A stretch of 64,000 nucleotides of DNA from Macrostomum lignano (Eukaryota). Position numbers and translations under genes: made by a program. Shown here in pieces: positions 10,990 to 23,450 of this stretch. The notes under the pieces were generated by a model. The model saw only the letters and a list, made by a program, of their open reading frames with translations. It was not told the DNA's origin and searched no databases. The stretch spans positions 248,001-312,000 of the forward strand of contig NIVC01000758.1 of assembly GCA_002269645.1 (NCBI GenBank), read 5' to 3'. Every line of letters starts with the position of its first letter. Position 1 is the stretch's first letter.

Positions 10990-13900
10990 CACAGCTATCT
11001 TGAGGACCAGTTAAGTGACAAAAAAATTGCCCAAAAAACGGTTTGTGTTTTCAAAAACAATGCACCACTAGAAGTTTTTATATAAATTTTCAAAATGATT
11101 TTGCGAGATATTTTTATTTTATTGCATGTTTTGACTTTTACAAGGAGTTCCAAGCTAAGAATATCTGTGACCCACTAATAATTCAGAACACAATGTATCT
11201 TTTTAGCAGAACAACTTTTAAAATGTGATGTAAGAGATGTGTAGCAGCTCCTAGCCCTCATTGTGTTTTTAAAATTGCATAACTTTATAAAGGCTAGATG
11301 CCTATATACAAGCGTACATTTACACTAAAATCAGTTGAGACATCAACTCATACTGCTGAGTACAAGCTTATAGTTATGTACAAGTTGTGTAAGCCTAAAA
11401 TTGTAACCTCATTTGGTAGTGGAATGAACAAGCTATAATATCAATGCCGCATGAAAGTGTCATCTTAAGCAATCAAAACTGGAAAATTAACTCAACCTGA
11501 TATAGTATTTAGCTGCAACCATGCCAAACCCATCATGCGGAGCATCACATGCAGAAAATCGGCTCAAAGTATGTCTCATTTGCATGCAAAAAGGAAACAG
11601 CATGAAGCCAATTGGTGAAACTGTACTCACAAGGATTCGCCGGTTTTTTATGCCAAGCTGTAATCTTGATGATGAGCAACTACCAGCTGCAGTGTGCACT
11701 CGATGCAGAACTCTGCTGGCTGACATTGAGGCAGGAAAGCGAGAAGAAGATGCTTTGCCTCGACCATTCGACTTTTCAAGCATAAAAATGACTGTCCTAA
11801 CACGCTCAACGACCATGTGCGAGTGTGGCATCTGCACTGCCGCAAGATGGACACCTATTGGTAAAGGCCTTGGATCACGGAAAGTCAGTGCACACCCTCG
11901 TGGGAGACCTTCATCTGGCATCGAAGATCCTCTGCCTGAAGCTCAACCTGTATCAACCTGCATGCGCTGCTACTCTGTGCTTGGCAAAGGTATATCTCAC
12001 AATTGCAATGTGACTCAAAGAAGAAAAAACCTTTCACTTCAGTTTGCCATGGACAAAAGAGGTGCAGAAATCCATGCATCAGACCTCATAAAGACAAAGT
12101 GCACCAGTGGTGCCTTTCTCTCCACGCAGTTAGCAACTCGTGGACCTTATCAGCTGACAGTGACAACTACAGCGCAATGCAAAAACTCTTGTGCCACATT
12201 TGTTGACAAGCCTGTGACTGCCAAAAAGTTCAACAGGTTTCAGAATACTCTTGGCTTAAGTGGCCAGCAGACTAAACTGGCAGCTCAGTTCCTGCGCAAC
12301 TGGAAAGGACGTAAGTCTGTGGACTCTGGACTGATGTCAAAGTTACGTCAGCTGGATGAGGAGCTAGGTGAGTTCTTTGATGTAAAGGCAATGCAGCTGG
12401 AGGTTGGGAAGGATGCAGCAACAGAGATAAGACACGTTGTATACTGCAAGGACCCGGAGGGACTCATTGATAGCCTTCTGTACCACCGCTGCATTGAAGA
12501 AGGAAACTTTGAAGTTAAAATTGGCATAGATGGAGGAGGCAACTTCTTGAAGGTCTGTCTCACTATTGTGCGAATTGGAGCAGAGCAACAACCTAAAACA
12601 AAGACCAGCTATTCTGCTGCCGCATGCAGTTCTCGTTTCTGTGATAGTGGAGTGAAAAAACTGCTGATCCTTGCAATTGTCGAAGATGTTCGAGAGTCCT
12701 ACTTCAACATCAAGGCTGTCCTGGACCTTCTGAGACTGCAACAGGTACGCTTCAGTCTTGCGGTTGACATGAAGATGGCTAACGCACTACTTGGCCTCCA
12801 GTGTGCCAGCAGCAGTCACCCCTGTCCATGGTGCGAGTTGAACTGCAAAGAATTCTGTAGCATACATCATGAAGTTCCCTTGCGGTCATTTGGCAGCATA
12901 CGACAGAACGCTAACAGCTACCAAGAGCTGGTGCAGCAGACAAGTAGCACAAGGCACTCGGCTGCCAGGTTCAAGAATTGTGTTAGAATGCCGCTGCTTG
13001 ATTTTCCAGACGAGACTTTGGTGATCAACGTTGTGCCTCCAATGGAGTTGCACTTGATGCTAGGTATTGTCAATCGGCTGTTCAAGGAGCTTGATTCTCG
13101 ATTACAGTCAATCTCCAACTGTACAATACGAGCACAGGACTTTGCTAATCGTTTAAACATCTGGCAGGCACCATATCAAGGTGGGCAGTTTACTGGCAAC
13201 CACTGCAGCAAGCTGCTAAACAGTGTCGACTCACTTGAGCAAATGCTGCAAGACTGCGGTGCCATAGCAGCCATGCCTATTGTACAAGCCCTTCGCACCT
13301 TTCGTGAAGTCTGTAGGACTTGTTTTGGACTGGTGCTTCTAGACGGCTACGATGCAGCAATAAAGGCATTTGCTGCGGCCTACAAGGATGTTGGCATTCC
13401 TGTCAGCCCTAAAGTCCATGCTGTCTTTGAGCATGTTGCTCCATTTCTTCGCAACCAGCCGCAAATGCCTGGATCAGCTCTGCATGGCCTTGGATTCTGG
13501 TCGGAGCAGGCAAGTGAGGCTGTGCATGCGGACTTCAGTCGCCTCTGGGACAGCAGCTACAAAGTGGCGAAAACGAGTGCACAGTACAGCAAGCAGCTGC
13601 TGAAATGCACTATTGTGTACAACTCACGGCACCAGTGAACAAGTTGCTTTTAGTTAATAACTATTTTTAAAGGTAAAGGTGATTTTCTATCAAAATGTTA
13701 TTGAAAGTCTAATATTATTCAACATTTTTCATTTAATGAAGTTTACTAATTTATGTATTGATATGTTTGATCAAAAATTATATGTATGCCATACATTATA
13801 CAAGTAACCCTCAACTACCAGACCACAGATACTATAATTTCAGCACAGAAATCATTGTAAAAGTCAAAACATGCAATAAAATAAAAATATCTCGCAAAAT

Positions 13901-14008
13901 CATTTTGAAAATTTATATAAAAACTTCTAGTGGTGCATTGTTTTTGAAAACACAACCCGTTTTTTGGGCAATTTTTTTGTCACTTAACTAGTCTTCAAGA
14001 TAGCTGTG
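10990..14008 (+). mobile_element. Chapaev (CMC/Transib-related) DNA transposon, 3019 bp, apparently intact
   Basis: 154-bp TIRs (10990-11143, 13855-14008; 3 mismatches) starting CACAGCT. 4-bp TSD GCCA (10986-10989, 14009-14012). One central ORF. Confidence 0.93.
11521..13638 (+). CDS. Chapaev/RAG1-core-like DDE transposase, 705 aa, intronless
   Basis: N-terminal Chapa-type zinc finger H-x7-CxxC...D-x4-P-x3-CxxC. Core motifs KIGIDGGG (D1), AVDMK (D2), HPCPWC, PMELHLMLG, PKVH-x4-H and SEQASE (E) are collinear with RAG1 core motifs. Confidence 0.92.
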   Translation: MPNPSCGASHAENRLKVCLICMQKGNSMKPIGETVLTRIRRFFMPSCNLDDEQLPAAVCTRCRTLLADIEAGKREEDALPRPFDFSSIKMTVLTRSTTMCECGICTAARWTPIGKGLGSRKVSAHPRGRPSSGIEDPLPEAQPVSTCMRCYSVLGKGISHNCNVTQRRKNLSLQFAMDKRGAEIHASDLIKTKCTSGAFLSTQLATRGPYQLTVTTTAQCKNSCATFVDKPVTAKKFNRFQNTLGLSGQQTKLAAQFLRNWKGRKSVDSGLMSKLRQLDEELGEFFDVKAMQLEVGKDAATEIRHVVYCKDPEGLIDSLLYHRCIEEGNFEVKIGIDGGGNFLKVCLTIVRIGAEQQPKTKTSYSAAACSSRFCDSGVKKLLILAIVEDVRESYFNIKAVLDLLRLQQVRFSLAVDMKMANALLGLQCASSSHPCPWCELNCKEFCSIHHEVPLRSFGSIRQNANSYQELVQQTSSTRHSAARFKNCVRMPLLDFPDETLVINVVPPMELHLMLGIVNRLFKELDSRLQSISNCTIRAQDFANRLNIWQAPYQGGQFTGNHCSKLLNSVDSLEQMLQDCGAIAAMPIVQALRTFREVCRTCFGLVLLDGYDAAIKAFAAAYKDVGIPVSPKVHAVFEHVAPFLRNQPQMPGSALHGLGFWSEQASEAVHADFSRLWDSSYKVAKTSAQYSKQLLKCTIVYNSRHQ

Positions 14009-14859
14009 GCCAGTTATTGAAAGCTTCCTTGCGCTAATTATAGCATTAGATGGTAGTTCTTGAATAGTATCTGCACTATTAAAGCATAGACTTCGGATAT
14101 TAATTTGGTCAAATACATTCAGAGAATTGAATTCTTCGCACGCTGTTCCAGTTGGGTTCAGTCCCAGAAAGTTGTATACCATCCCATTTCAATTGTTATT
14201 GAAGTACTGTATGCACGCTGTGGAAGATAACGGAAACGGTTTGGGAATCCTGTTTGTCGCAGTTTATCGCGCTATTTTCTGCATCTCAGTCTGAGGCTTC
14301 TGGCAATTCAAAAATCCCATAATGCCCTATTATCCCAGGGACTGGACGGATTACGGATTATTGTTAGAGCAATGACGGTTGCAATTTAGGAAACTACTCA
14401 TCCATTCTGGGTAGTTTGAGTTGGGCGGAATTTTCCCTTGAACTTGACATCTAATTCCATCTAGCTCTGGAATTGCAGTTGGAACTGGAGCCGGAACTGG
14501 CTGTGGAACTGGAGCTAGATCTGGATCTGGCTTGTCTTCCGACACTTTAAGTGGCCCCAGCCTTCGGAATTCGTCCCTAGGTATTCACAGGTATGACAAT
14601 AATTTCCTATAATGAACCCTGAAAAACAGGCAAATATGTCACCGCATACCAACACATTAAACGTACATGGGACGCACCTCGAAAACCCTGTCCTTCATTT
14701 TCTGTCACTCCATTGTGGCTATGGCGATAACGGAAACGCATATCAATGTTGGCCTCTCGACATATAGCAGACACAGCTCCACAATTTCGTACTTTGGACG
14801 AAAAGATGGCGTTACTCCCTGGGCTCCTGTATCTGGTTGAGAAACCCAGGGTGGCAGAC

Positions 14860-15996
14860 TGTTGTAGGACTGTTGAATAGGACTGTTGTAGGACTGTTGG
14901 ATAGGACTGTTGTAGAGCTGTTGAATAGGACTGTTGTAGGATTATTGTAGGACTGTTAAATAGGACTGTTGTAGGATTATTGTAGGACTGTTGAATAGGA
15001 CTGTTGTAGGATTATTGTAGGACTGTTGGATAGGACTGTTGTAGAGCTGTTGGATAGGACTGTTGTAGAGCTGTTGAATAGGACTGTTGTAGGACTGTTG
15101 GATAGGACTGTTGTAGAGCTGTTGGATAGGACTGTTGTAGAGCTGTTGAATAGGACTGTTGTAGGACTGTTGAATAGGACTGTTGTAGGATTATTGTAGG
15201 ACTGTTGGATAGGACTGTTGTAGAGCTGTTGGATAGGACTGTTGTAGAGCTGTTGAATAGGACTGTTGTAGGACTGTTGGATAGGACTGTTGTAGGACTG
15301 TTGGATAGGACTGTTGTAGAGCTGTTGAATAGGACTGTTGTAGAGCTGTTGAATAGGACTGTTGTAGGACTGTTGAATAGGACTGTTGTAGGACTGTTGG
15401 ATAGGACTGTTGTAGAGCTGTTGAATAGGACTGTTGTAGGACTGTTGAATAGGACTGTTGTAGGACTGTTGGATAGGACTGTTGTAGAGCTGTTGAATAG
15501 GACTGTTGTAGGATTATTGTAGGACTGTTAAATAGGACTGTTGAATAGGACTATTGTAGGACTGTTGAATAGGACTGTTGTAGGATTATTGTAGGACTGT
15601 TGGATAGGACTGTTGTAGAGCTGTTGGATAGGACTGTTGTAGAGCTGTTGGATAGGACTGTTGTAGAGCTGTTGGATAGGACTGTTGTAGAGCTGTTGAA
15701 TAGGACTGTTGTAGGACTGTTGGATAGGACTGTTGTAGAGCTGTTGAATAGGACTGTTGTAGAGCTGTTGAATAGGACTGTTGTAGAGCTGTTGAATAGG
15801 ACTGTTGTAGAGCTGTTGAATAGGACTGTTGTAGAGCTGTTGAATAGGACTGTTGTAGGATTATTGTAGGACTGTTGAATAGGACTGTTGTAGGATTATT
15901 GTAGAACTGTTGAATAGGACTGTTGTAGGAATTTTGTAGGACTATTGAATAGGACTGTTGTAGGACTGTTCTAGGACTGTTGTAGGACTGTACTAG
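14860..15996. repeat. About 24-bp minisatellite (AGGACTGTTGTAGAGCTGTTGAAT)
   Basis: Tandem array. The RTVVELLN-type ORFs are repeat artefacts. Confidence 0.95.
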
Positions 15997-16259
15997 GACT
16001 TCCATCTAAAATTCGATGGACTGAAATTCCGCCGAATTTTAAATAAACTATATCTGATTGGAATCTCCGGCTAACAAGCCACATATCGGTGAATCCCTTT
16101 TTATTTTGCTACTCTACGACTTTAAGCAGTATTATGCACCGTTTTCAACTCTCTTTAGCATAAAAATTTTTGTGAGCTGATATAAATAATAAGATACTAT
16201 TTTTTTCTTGAACTGGGCCACAAAAGTCAAAAGTCAATTCCAAGAACCAGCCATGCTCC

Positions 16260-17590
16260 CTCCGGAAGGTGAGAGCAGAGGCGGTGCGAGGCTCTTCGGC
16301 GATGTCGCTTGGCAGGGGAGACAAGACTGAACGAACTTATGGCAGTCGCTTCTCATCGCTGGCCACCAGACTTTGGTTTGAAGTCTGCCCATAGTTTTTC
16401 GGCAGCATTGGTGGCCTGCGTGTCTGCGAACTGGAGCACCGTCCGACGTAAGCTTCTCGGGATCACGATCAACGAGCTTCGTGGTAGCACGCCGTCATGT
16501 TCTGAAAGCTTCAGGCAGGACAAGGCCCGAAGCTCTCTGCTCTGCTTGTCCCATTGACCAGTTTGTAGAGCTGATGGAGCTGCTTGGATCGTGCCGTCTG
16601 ACTTTGAAGCCTCCTGAATTGTTGCAAAGCTCAGCCCTTTCGAAGTAGAGCCGATGGCAATTGCGTTGATGAAGCGTCTGTCGAGGAGTTCCCCGGGATC
16701 GTCCTTTTCTGCATTTCAGGTTGTCCACTGAGGACATCCGCTGGATTGTGTGGTCCAGGCTGATAGGTGAGCTTGAATTTGAGGTGCGGTACTCTTAAAG
16801 CCATCCGCTCGATTCGTGGCGGAGGCCTGGAACCAGGTTGAAAAGCGGGACTAATGGACGGTGATCAGTGATTACTTTGAGATTTGGGCAGCCGTTGAGG
16901 TAGTGCACGAAACGAAGGCAACCGTTCACTGCTAGCGCTTCGCGTTCAAATTGGGCGTACCGCTGCTTCGTGACCTGCTGGCGAAGGCGACTGGTTTGCG
17001 AACGCCTTTCCCGTCCACTTGGCTGAGGATGGCGCCCAGGACTTCCGTTAGGAGATTCACGTCCAAGAAGGCCAGGACGCTCTCCTTGCAGATTGCTGCT
17101 CTTGTTTGCAGGAATGATTCTTGTTGCCTTTCTGACCAGCACCATTTTTTACCCTTTAAGCAGTTCTCGCATTGGCTGCGTCAGATCTGAGAAGTTCGGA
17201 ACGAACCTGGACAGGTAGGTGGCCAAACCGAGGAATGAGCGCAGCTCCAACACGTTTGTTGGCCCCTTAAGTCTTCCAGGGCCTTGATCTTCTCGGCCGC
17301 AGGCTGGACGCCTCTTGCACTTATGCGCATCCCGAGAAAATCGATGAAAGACTGTGCCAGACGACACTTGTCCGGGTTCAGCGTGATTCCATGGTCTTGT
17401 AGGCGCTTATAGGTCGGATATTGTGCTTTTTTATGATGCTCGCAAAGACGGTTATGTCATCGTGTGCCCATCGGACACCGTCAAGGCCGCTCAGGACGCC
17501 GGTCATAACCCTTTGCAGTATCTCGGACTACATCGCCCATTCCTCCAGCAGACTCTGCATCGCTTCGAAGGTCGCGGCTGCGAGTCATTG
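16260..17590 (-). mobile_element. Degenerate Gypsy/Ty3 pol fragment (RT, RNase H, integrase Zn domain)
   Basis: Fragments in pol order on the minus strand: GVLSGLDGVRWAHDDITV (RT), ELRSFLGLATYLSRFVPNFS, YAQFEREALAV/ITDHRPL (RNase H), IVIPRSLRRTVL...KVWWPAMRSDC (integrase N-terminus). Many stops and frameshifts. Confidence 0.85.
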
Positions 17591-17599
17591 CCAGCCAGA

Positions 17600-18390
17600 C
17601 GCTTCGGGCTGTGATGCTGCTGCAGCCACTGGCTGTCACTGCACTGCCTGTGCTGCTGTGCGCTGCCTGCCTCTGCCAGTCTCCTCGATCAGGCATCGGA
17701 AGCTGGCGCACAGGAATGGAAGGAACGGCTCGCATCTTCCGCACTTTGCATACACCACCCGTGCATTTTGCACCAGCTGCAGCATGCAGTGAAACAGTAG
17801 CTTTTGAAACAACTTTTAGGTTCCTCTGTTTGCGTTGTAAGTGCTGAGAGAGGCGTCCAAGCGATTGACGCCTCCCATGCACTTGTATGCAGCCACTGAC
17901 GTGCTCTGAAGGATTCTCTCCTGAATTCGTCCGTGTCGGATCCGAGTCTTTGGGATGCACTGCGCCGCCTCCTTAGTGTTTAGTAGGTACACCGTCTTGG
18001 TTCCACTGGCCTTCCTGTCACACAGTTTCACAGCGAGCGTGCAGCCCTTGCGCATCAAACTGTGTCCCGGTGCAGCCACTCGTTTCTTCTGTAGGGCAGC
18101 TGGCACCCTCTGTCCTTCGACTCTAGAGCGTACACTCTGGCACACACTGCATGCATCATGTCAAAGAAAGGCCAAATTTTGTGCAGGCAGTTGCTGGCAT
18201 CGAAATCGCGGCAGTCATTGCAATGCAGGAAGGAGAGGACCTCCTGGAAGCGATTTCGTGACAAGCTCTCCGGCTGGTGGAAGTGAGGCGAATAATGCAT
18301 GGGATCAGTTGACCAGTACGTGCACAGCTCAAGCTTCACATGAACTCCCATGTACTGGATGAACTGGATGCAGTCTGCAAGCAATTCCTA
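17600..18390 (-). mobile_element. Degenerate piggyBac transposase fragment
   Basis: YWSTDP...LSRNRFQEVLSFLHCND...KIWPFFD and AAYKCMGGVNRLDA motifs. Internally deleted and frameshifted. Confidence 0.8.
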
Positions 18391-18869
18391 GAAAAGTTAA
18401 TCGTGCCTAGAAATGCCTAGAATGCATGCGACCGCCCCGTCCGCGTGCGCGAGGCCTCCCGGTGGTCCAGGTAGTTTGGAGTTTGTTGAGTTTGTTGATG
18501 TTGTTGCTGCTGCTGCTGCTGCTGTTGTTGTTGCTGCATTCCAATGGACCCTGATGCACTTGAAGACGCTCTGTTTGGCGATAATTTTGGTTGAATTGGT
18601 TTTTAAGTTCCATGACCAATGTGTAATTTAGCAATCAAATTGCAAGGCAGATACGCTTGTATGTGCTAGAACGAAACGGCCTTGCAAACTGCTAAGACGC
18701 GCAGGATCGGTTATATACATTTGGGGTCGCCCACCTCATATATCCGATAGGGTGTACATTGCTATGCATTACTAAACGCACATAATCAGATTCAGATATT
18801 TCAGAATTTATACATAAGCAGGAAGTTATACATAATTTCCGCTTGATGAACAACAGAATACGCGTTCAG

Positions 18870-20030
18870 CATCACAGGGCGCGCCTCCGGGCCAGGTCCC
18901 GAATGAACGCCGAATCCGGGGCGCCGACGTCAGCCAGCAGGTAGTCGACGAAACGCCGAGTGCGCGCCTGCCCCCGCCGGTAGGGTGCCTGCAGCGTTAG
19001 CAGCAGCACCTCCGGCACCGGCTTTGGGCAGTACGACTTAGCGCGGATGATGTGGCCTGCCAGCTGGAGTCGCCGACGGCGCAACAGGTCGCTTGGACGG
19101 ACCAGGCCGGCGCGGTGATACAAAGCCGCGTTGGTCACTCACTCGTAGCCGATCTTGAAGGCGGCGCGCAGCAGGCCAGAGTGCGCCGCGTCAACTTGTT
19201 GCTCGAGCGACTCCGTCAACGTCCAGGTCTCGGCGTTGTACTGCAAGACGGTCTCGATCACTGCCTAGAACAACGCCGCCCTCTGGCGATCAGGTAAGGC
19301 CTCGGACTGTAGGACTGCCCTCACAGAACGAAAGGCAGCCCAGGCAAGCCCGCGGCGACGCCGCAAATCCTCGCGGACGCCGGGAACCAGACTGCAGAGG
19401 TAGATGAACTGCTGACAACGCGGGAGCTACCTCGCCTATTCATCATCGCTTCGACACAAAATCGCAGCCTCGATGTCATCCGGCACGCAGAGCACAACTG
19501 TCTTCTGCGTGTTGACCACCAGGCCGACACTCGCCGCAACAGCAACTAGCTTGTCCAGTTGTCTCTGGGTGCCTTCGACAGTTGAGGACAGCAGGGCGAG
19601 ATCGTCGGCGTAGCCAAGCACGCTGAGCCGCCGTCAAGCCCCAGAACGAAAAGGAACGGCACAAGCGTATCTCTCTAAAGCACCCTTGAGGATGTCTCAA
19701 AGAAGTCCAATAGGCAGTCCGGTGTTGAAACAGCAGCAGCTTTCGTATCACTGTATATTGCCATGATGGTGGAAATCAGCTGCTCTGGCACGTTGTACGC
19801 ACGGAGCACCTTTGGGAGCACAGACCTGACGACCGAGTCGAATGCCTTCTTGAAATCTATGAAGATAACAATCAGGATCGACTCGCGTATCTGTGCTCCC
19901 TCGATGACTCGCCGAAGAGCTAGGATCAGCGTCACTGTGCCGCGATGAGGCCGGAAGCCGATCTGTTCAGGACGCAGGTACAGATCCAGCACCGGCTGCA
20001 ACCGCGATAACAGCATCCGGTTGCTGAACA
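18870..20030 (-). mobile_element. 5'-truncated non-LTR retrotransposon (RTE-like) RT remnant
   Basis: LRPEQIGFRPHRG, IFIDFKKAFDSV, LGYADDLALL, VVNTQKT, and C-terminal RRRRLQLAGHI. Frameshifted. Confidence 0.88.
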
Positions 20031-20152
20031 GTACTCCCAGTAGACAGCTAACAAAGGTTTGCCCTAAGGACTAATAGACAGCGAAAGTGTCGTATAAAAC
20101 TAAAAAAAATTACAAACGCCTGGATATAAAAATAATGGAGGTTTTTGGGAAT

Positions 20153-20519
20153 CTAACACCACGGGAAATTTTTCGCAAGAAAAGTTAAGTTCGTACAGCC
20201 AACCAAATTTATTGAACTCAACCTGTCTGTGCGCTCGCGTGGCGACGCAGCACCCCCGATGTCCGGCACCAGCGAGCGGACAAGCGCGGTTCGCATGCCA
20301 ACCTGCAGGCAGCGGCAGAAGCGGCAGGCGCCGCAGCCCCGGTTCCGCTCGAAGGTGAGCGAGCAGTGACGCGGATTCTGCATGCAGCGGTAGGTCAGGC
20401 AGAGCTGCACTGTCCGCTTGAAGAAGGACTTGCAGGCGTGGCAGGTCACTGCCGGCCGGCCAGGTGCAGCGGCAGACGTCGCAGTGGCCATCAGCCATCC
20501 TCGCGTCAGAGCTCGACAT
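20153..20519 (-). pseudogene. Nuclear receptor C4 zinc-finger DNA-binding-domain-only sequence, frameshifted
   Basis: Frame 1 gives MSSSDARMADGHCDVC. Frame 2 gives AVTCHACKSFFKR...CMQNPRHC-x9-CGACRFCRCLQVGM. Cys2-Cys3 spacing is 28 nt instead of the canonical 39. No ligand-binding domain follows. Confidence 0.8.
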
Positions 20520-21656
20520 CTTGTCTCCGGAGCTAAAGCAGAGTGAAAGCAGAGCTCTAAAAACCAGGAGGAAAATTGCTAGAGCAATTACAGACTGTAC
20601 GAGTCGAGCATAAATGCACCTCCTTTCTCTCTACTGGCAGTGGGGATTTGCTGAGATAACGAGGCTGCCGGGACTCCCGCCTCTCTTTGATTGGCGACAG
20701 AGAAAAGGAGGGATCGAGGCAAATTGCTGGCCTGAAATGGCACCTGAGCGCACAGAAAAGCTCCAGTTATCTGGTGATGGTTGGGCCGAATGCATGCTGG
20801 CTTAAGATTCACCTGCGACTGCGAAAGCTCGAGCCCACATTTCTAGAATTTACTCAAGGGCTTCCTTATCCATGTATCCTGATTAAGCCCCCTCCCCAAG
20901 TCTCCCGATGAGCAGCTGCTAAAATATGAGCAAAACACATGCAACTTTATCTTGCAACGCAACGAATGCAATGAATTCCCAATGCTAGTTGATTCAACTC
21001 GCTCAATGGGGCGAAACAGTCATTGTCATTAATTTATCATGCGGACAGAAGACTTCCCTGCTTTAGACGCTGCAGTCAGCCAGAAGTTTCTGAAACCGAC
21101 CATCTTCCCAGCTAAATACACTCTCAGCAACATGTTGGTCTGCTGCATATAGTTACACTTGCTTTTTTGCTCTATAGCTTTTTCTTCTATGAGTGTACTG
21201 TATTGATTTTGGCAGCAGATAAAGAGAGCTGCGACAATAAAGAGAAAAGAAAAAGGAAGAAAAATGTCTACCCAGACCAGCTAGAAAGAGAGCCGAGTCT
21301 TTAAGTTCCATTTTGGTACTTAACGAGAGGTTCAACAATGGCGACGAGGCCACCAACTGTGGACCCACTAGAAGACGGTGAAGACCCAAACCGATAGATC
21401 CAGCGTTTTGAGATCAGCGCTAAACTCAATGGCTGGACGGACGACGCCTTCCTGGCACTTGTAGGCAAGTAAATCTTCAATCTCCTTGCTGACACAACAC
21501 CGGGTGAATTATGATACTGCCACATTAACACTGGCGAGATGGGTGAGATTGTTTAGTATGTTGTAGAGTTCAACAATGGCCAAAACATGAGTGCGCGTGG
21601 CGCATGAGTGTCTATGGCTATTGTTTACCGATGCAACATACTACTCAAGCGCATTA

Positions 21657-22795
21657 CGAGGTGTATCCCAAAAGTAAGTTTCGGTCAGCTGCCAACAGTG
21701 AGCAATTAGTTTTAAAAAGCGTAAACTTTGTCAAACCACAACTTCAAGTACAATATTTGTCACTCCACAAATCGGCCGCCAAGCTCAACGCACTTTTCCC
21801 AGCGACGCACCCACGCTTCGAAGGCTGGCCTGCAGCCGGCGATCGCCAGATGTCGGAGAGCTGATGAAGCGCTGTTGTTCACCTGCTCCTCAGATCCGAA
21901 ACGCTGGCCACGAAGGCTCTCTTTCATCTTCGGGAACAGATAAAAGTCTGCCGGAGCCAAATCAGGCGAGTAGCGCGGGTGGCGGAGAATTTCCCAGTTC
22001 CACGAGCCCAGCAGCTCTTCAACCCGTCTGGCCCGATGCACCGGGGCGTTGTCGTGATGGAAGATGACGCCTCTCTCCAGAAGGCCCGGCCGTTTTTTCC
22101 TTATCGCTGGTCGCAGTTTCTCTTGAAGCACCCATCGATAGTACTCAGCATTCACTTTGGTACCCACAGGCACAGGCCAGTCCAGAATGATCCCGTCAAT
22201 GTCAAAAAAATGATGTGCATCACCTTCAATGAGCCTTGCTTGCGTCGCACCTTCTCGGGACTCGCCGATCTTATCGGAAGCCACTGCGCTGACTGCCGCT
22301 TCAGCTCTGGGTCCCATTCGTAGACCCACGTCTCGTCTCCAGTCACTATTCTACCGAGAAATTCGTCGCCTTCACGACGAACCCGACGGAGGCAGTCCCG
22401 GGACACCAGCACCCGCTCCTCCATCTGCTCGTCAGTCAGCAGGTGTGCCACCCATTTGGCGAAAAGCTTTTGTAGGCCTAAATTCTCGGTCAGAATGCGG
22501 TGCACGAGTTCTCACGAGTTCTTGATGAATCTCTGGTGTCGATTTTCCAGACAGCACAGAAAACTTGATGATGCTTCGAACGTCATAGCGAGAGAACGAG
22601 CTGGACGCGGCCATCGTTGCAAAGGGTTGTGTGTTTGGGTTGCAGCCATGCAGCTCGAGAACAAACTAGGACTTAGCGACTTGTTTAGGGTTGGGCCATA
22701 GACAAAAAAGAAAGCAACAACGTACATGGCACTTAGCTGAGCCTCTTGGGTGCCGAGTTACATATGAGGGAAACTTACTTTTGGGATACACCTCG
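21657..22795 (-). mobile_element. Second copy of the same mariner family, 1139 bp, internal deletion
   Basis: Identical TIRs and TA TSD, near-identical to 6332-7682. It is 212 bp shorter, with the junction near 22505-22520 carrying a short GAGTTCTCAC duplication. Same T7 frameshift. Confidence 0.97.
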
Positions 22796-23144
22796 TAATT
22801 GTCGCAATGCTTTGACTGAGACTGAGACTGAGCTCGTTTTTACTGACTGGTGAATAAATGGTGCTTCTGTTATTATCTATCATTAAATAATAAATATTTA
22901 ATACTGCTAGTGGTCCTTGTATGTATCCCCCTTTTGCCCCGGGCGAGTGTCTATGTGACGCATGTTTTCATTTATTTCCCTAGGTGAATAAATCATTTAT
23001 TTCCCGCTGCCCCGCGGGCTGATAAATTCGAGACAACAACCATAGACTAACAAAAACTAGCAAAAAAGTGTAGCACACAAAAGCTTAATTACAACTGTAG
23101 GACACAAAATGTGTGATATAAAGTTCGTTTCGGACTTATAATGA

Positions 23145-23450
23145 CTAACAGAATGTGATTTTCACAACGTTTTTTTCACCGTCTGCCTCGATGAGCATGC
23201 GCTTACTAGCAGGTGGTTCGATAGAAACCTCGGTATTGACGTCGGACACGGTAACACGAGACTGTTGTATGATACTTGCAGCAGAAGCCTCGGTGGCGTC
23301 TCCACTCAAAATAGCACTTTGGATCTTCTGTCGTGTTGTTGATGGCGCTATGTATTTCTCCAGAGCCTTGGTAGTAGCGTGACCAGTGATCCGAGCAATG
23401 TCTCCGCGTTCGACACCAGCCTTGAAGAAGAAGAACACCAGCATGTCTGT
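23145..23450 (-). pseudogene. Crypton-type tyrosine recombinase copy YR4, terminal exon only
   Basis: FKAGVERGDIARITGHATTKALEKY retains the GH and catalytic Tyr motifs. Preceded by a CCCACAG acceptor. No upstream exon found. Confidence 0.7.

Noticed and set aside
14013-14560. Penelope GIY-YIG/RT coding remnant continuing beyond the Chapaev insertion
   Set aside because: Minus-strand translations show no convincing RT or GIY-YIG motifs.
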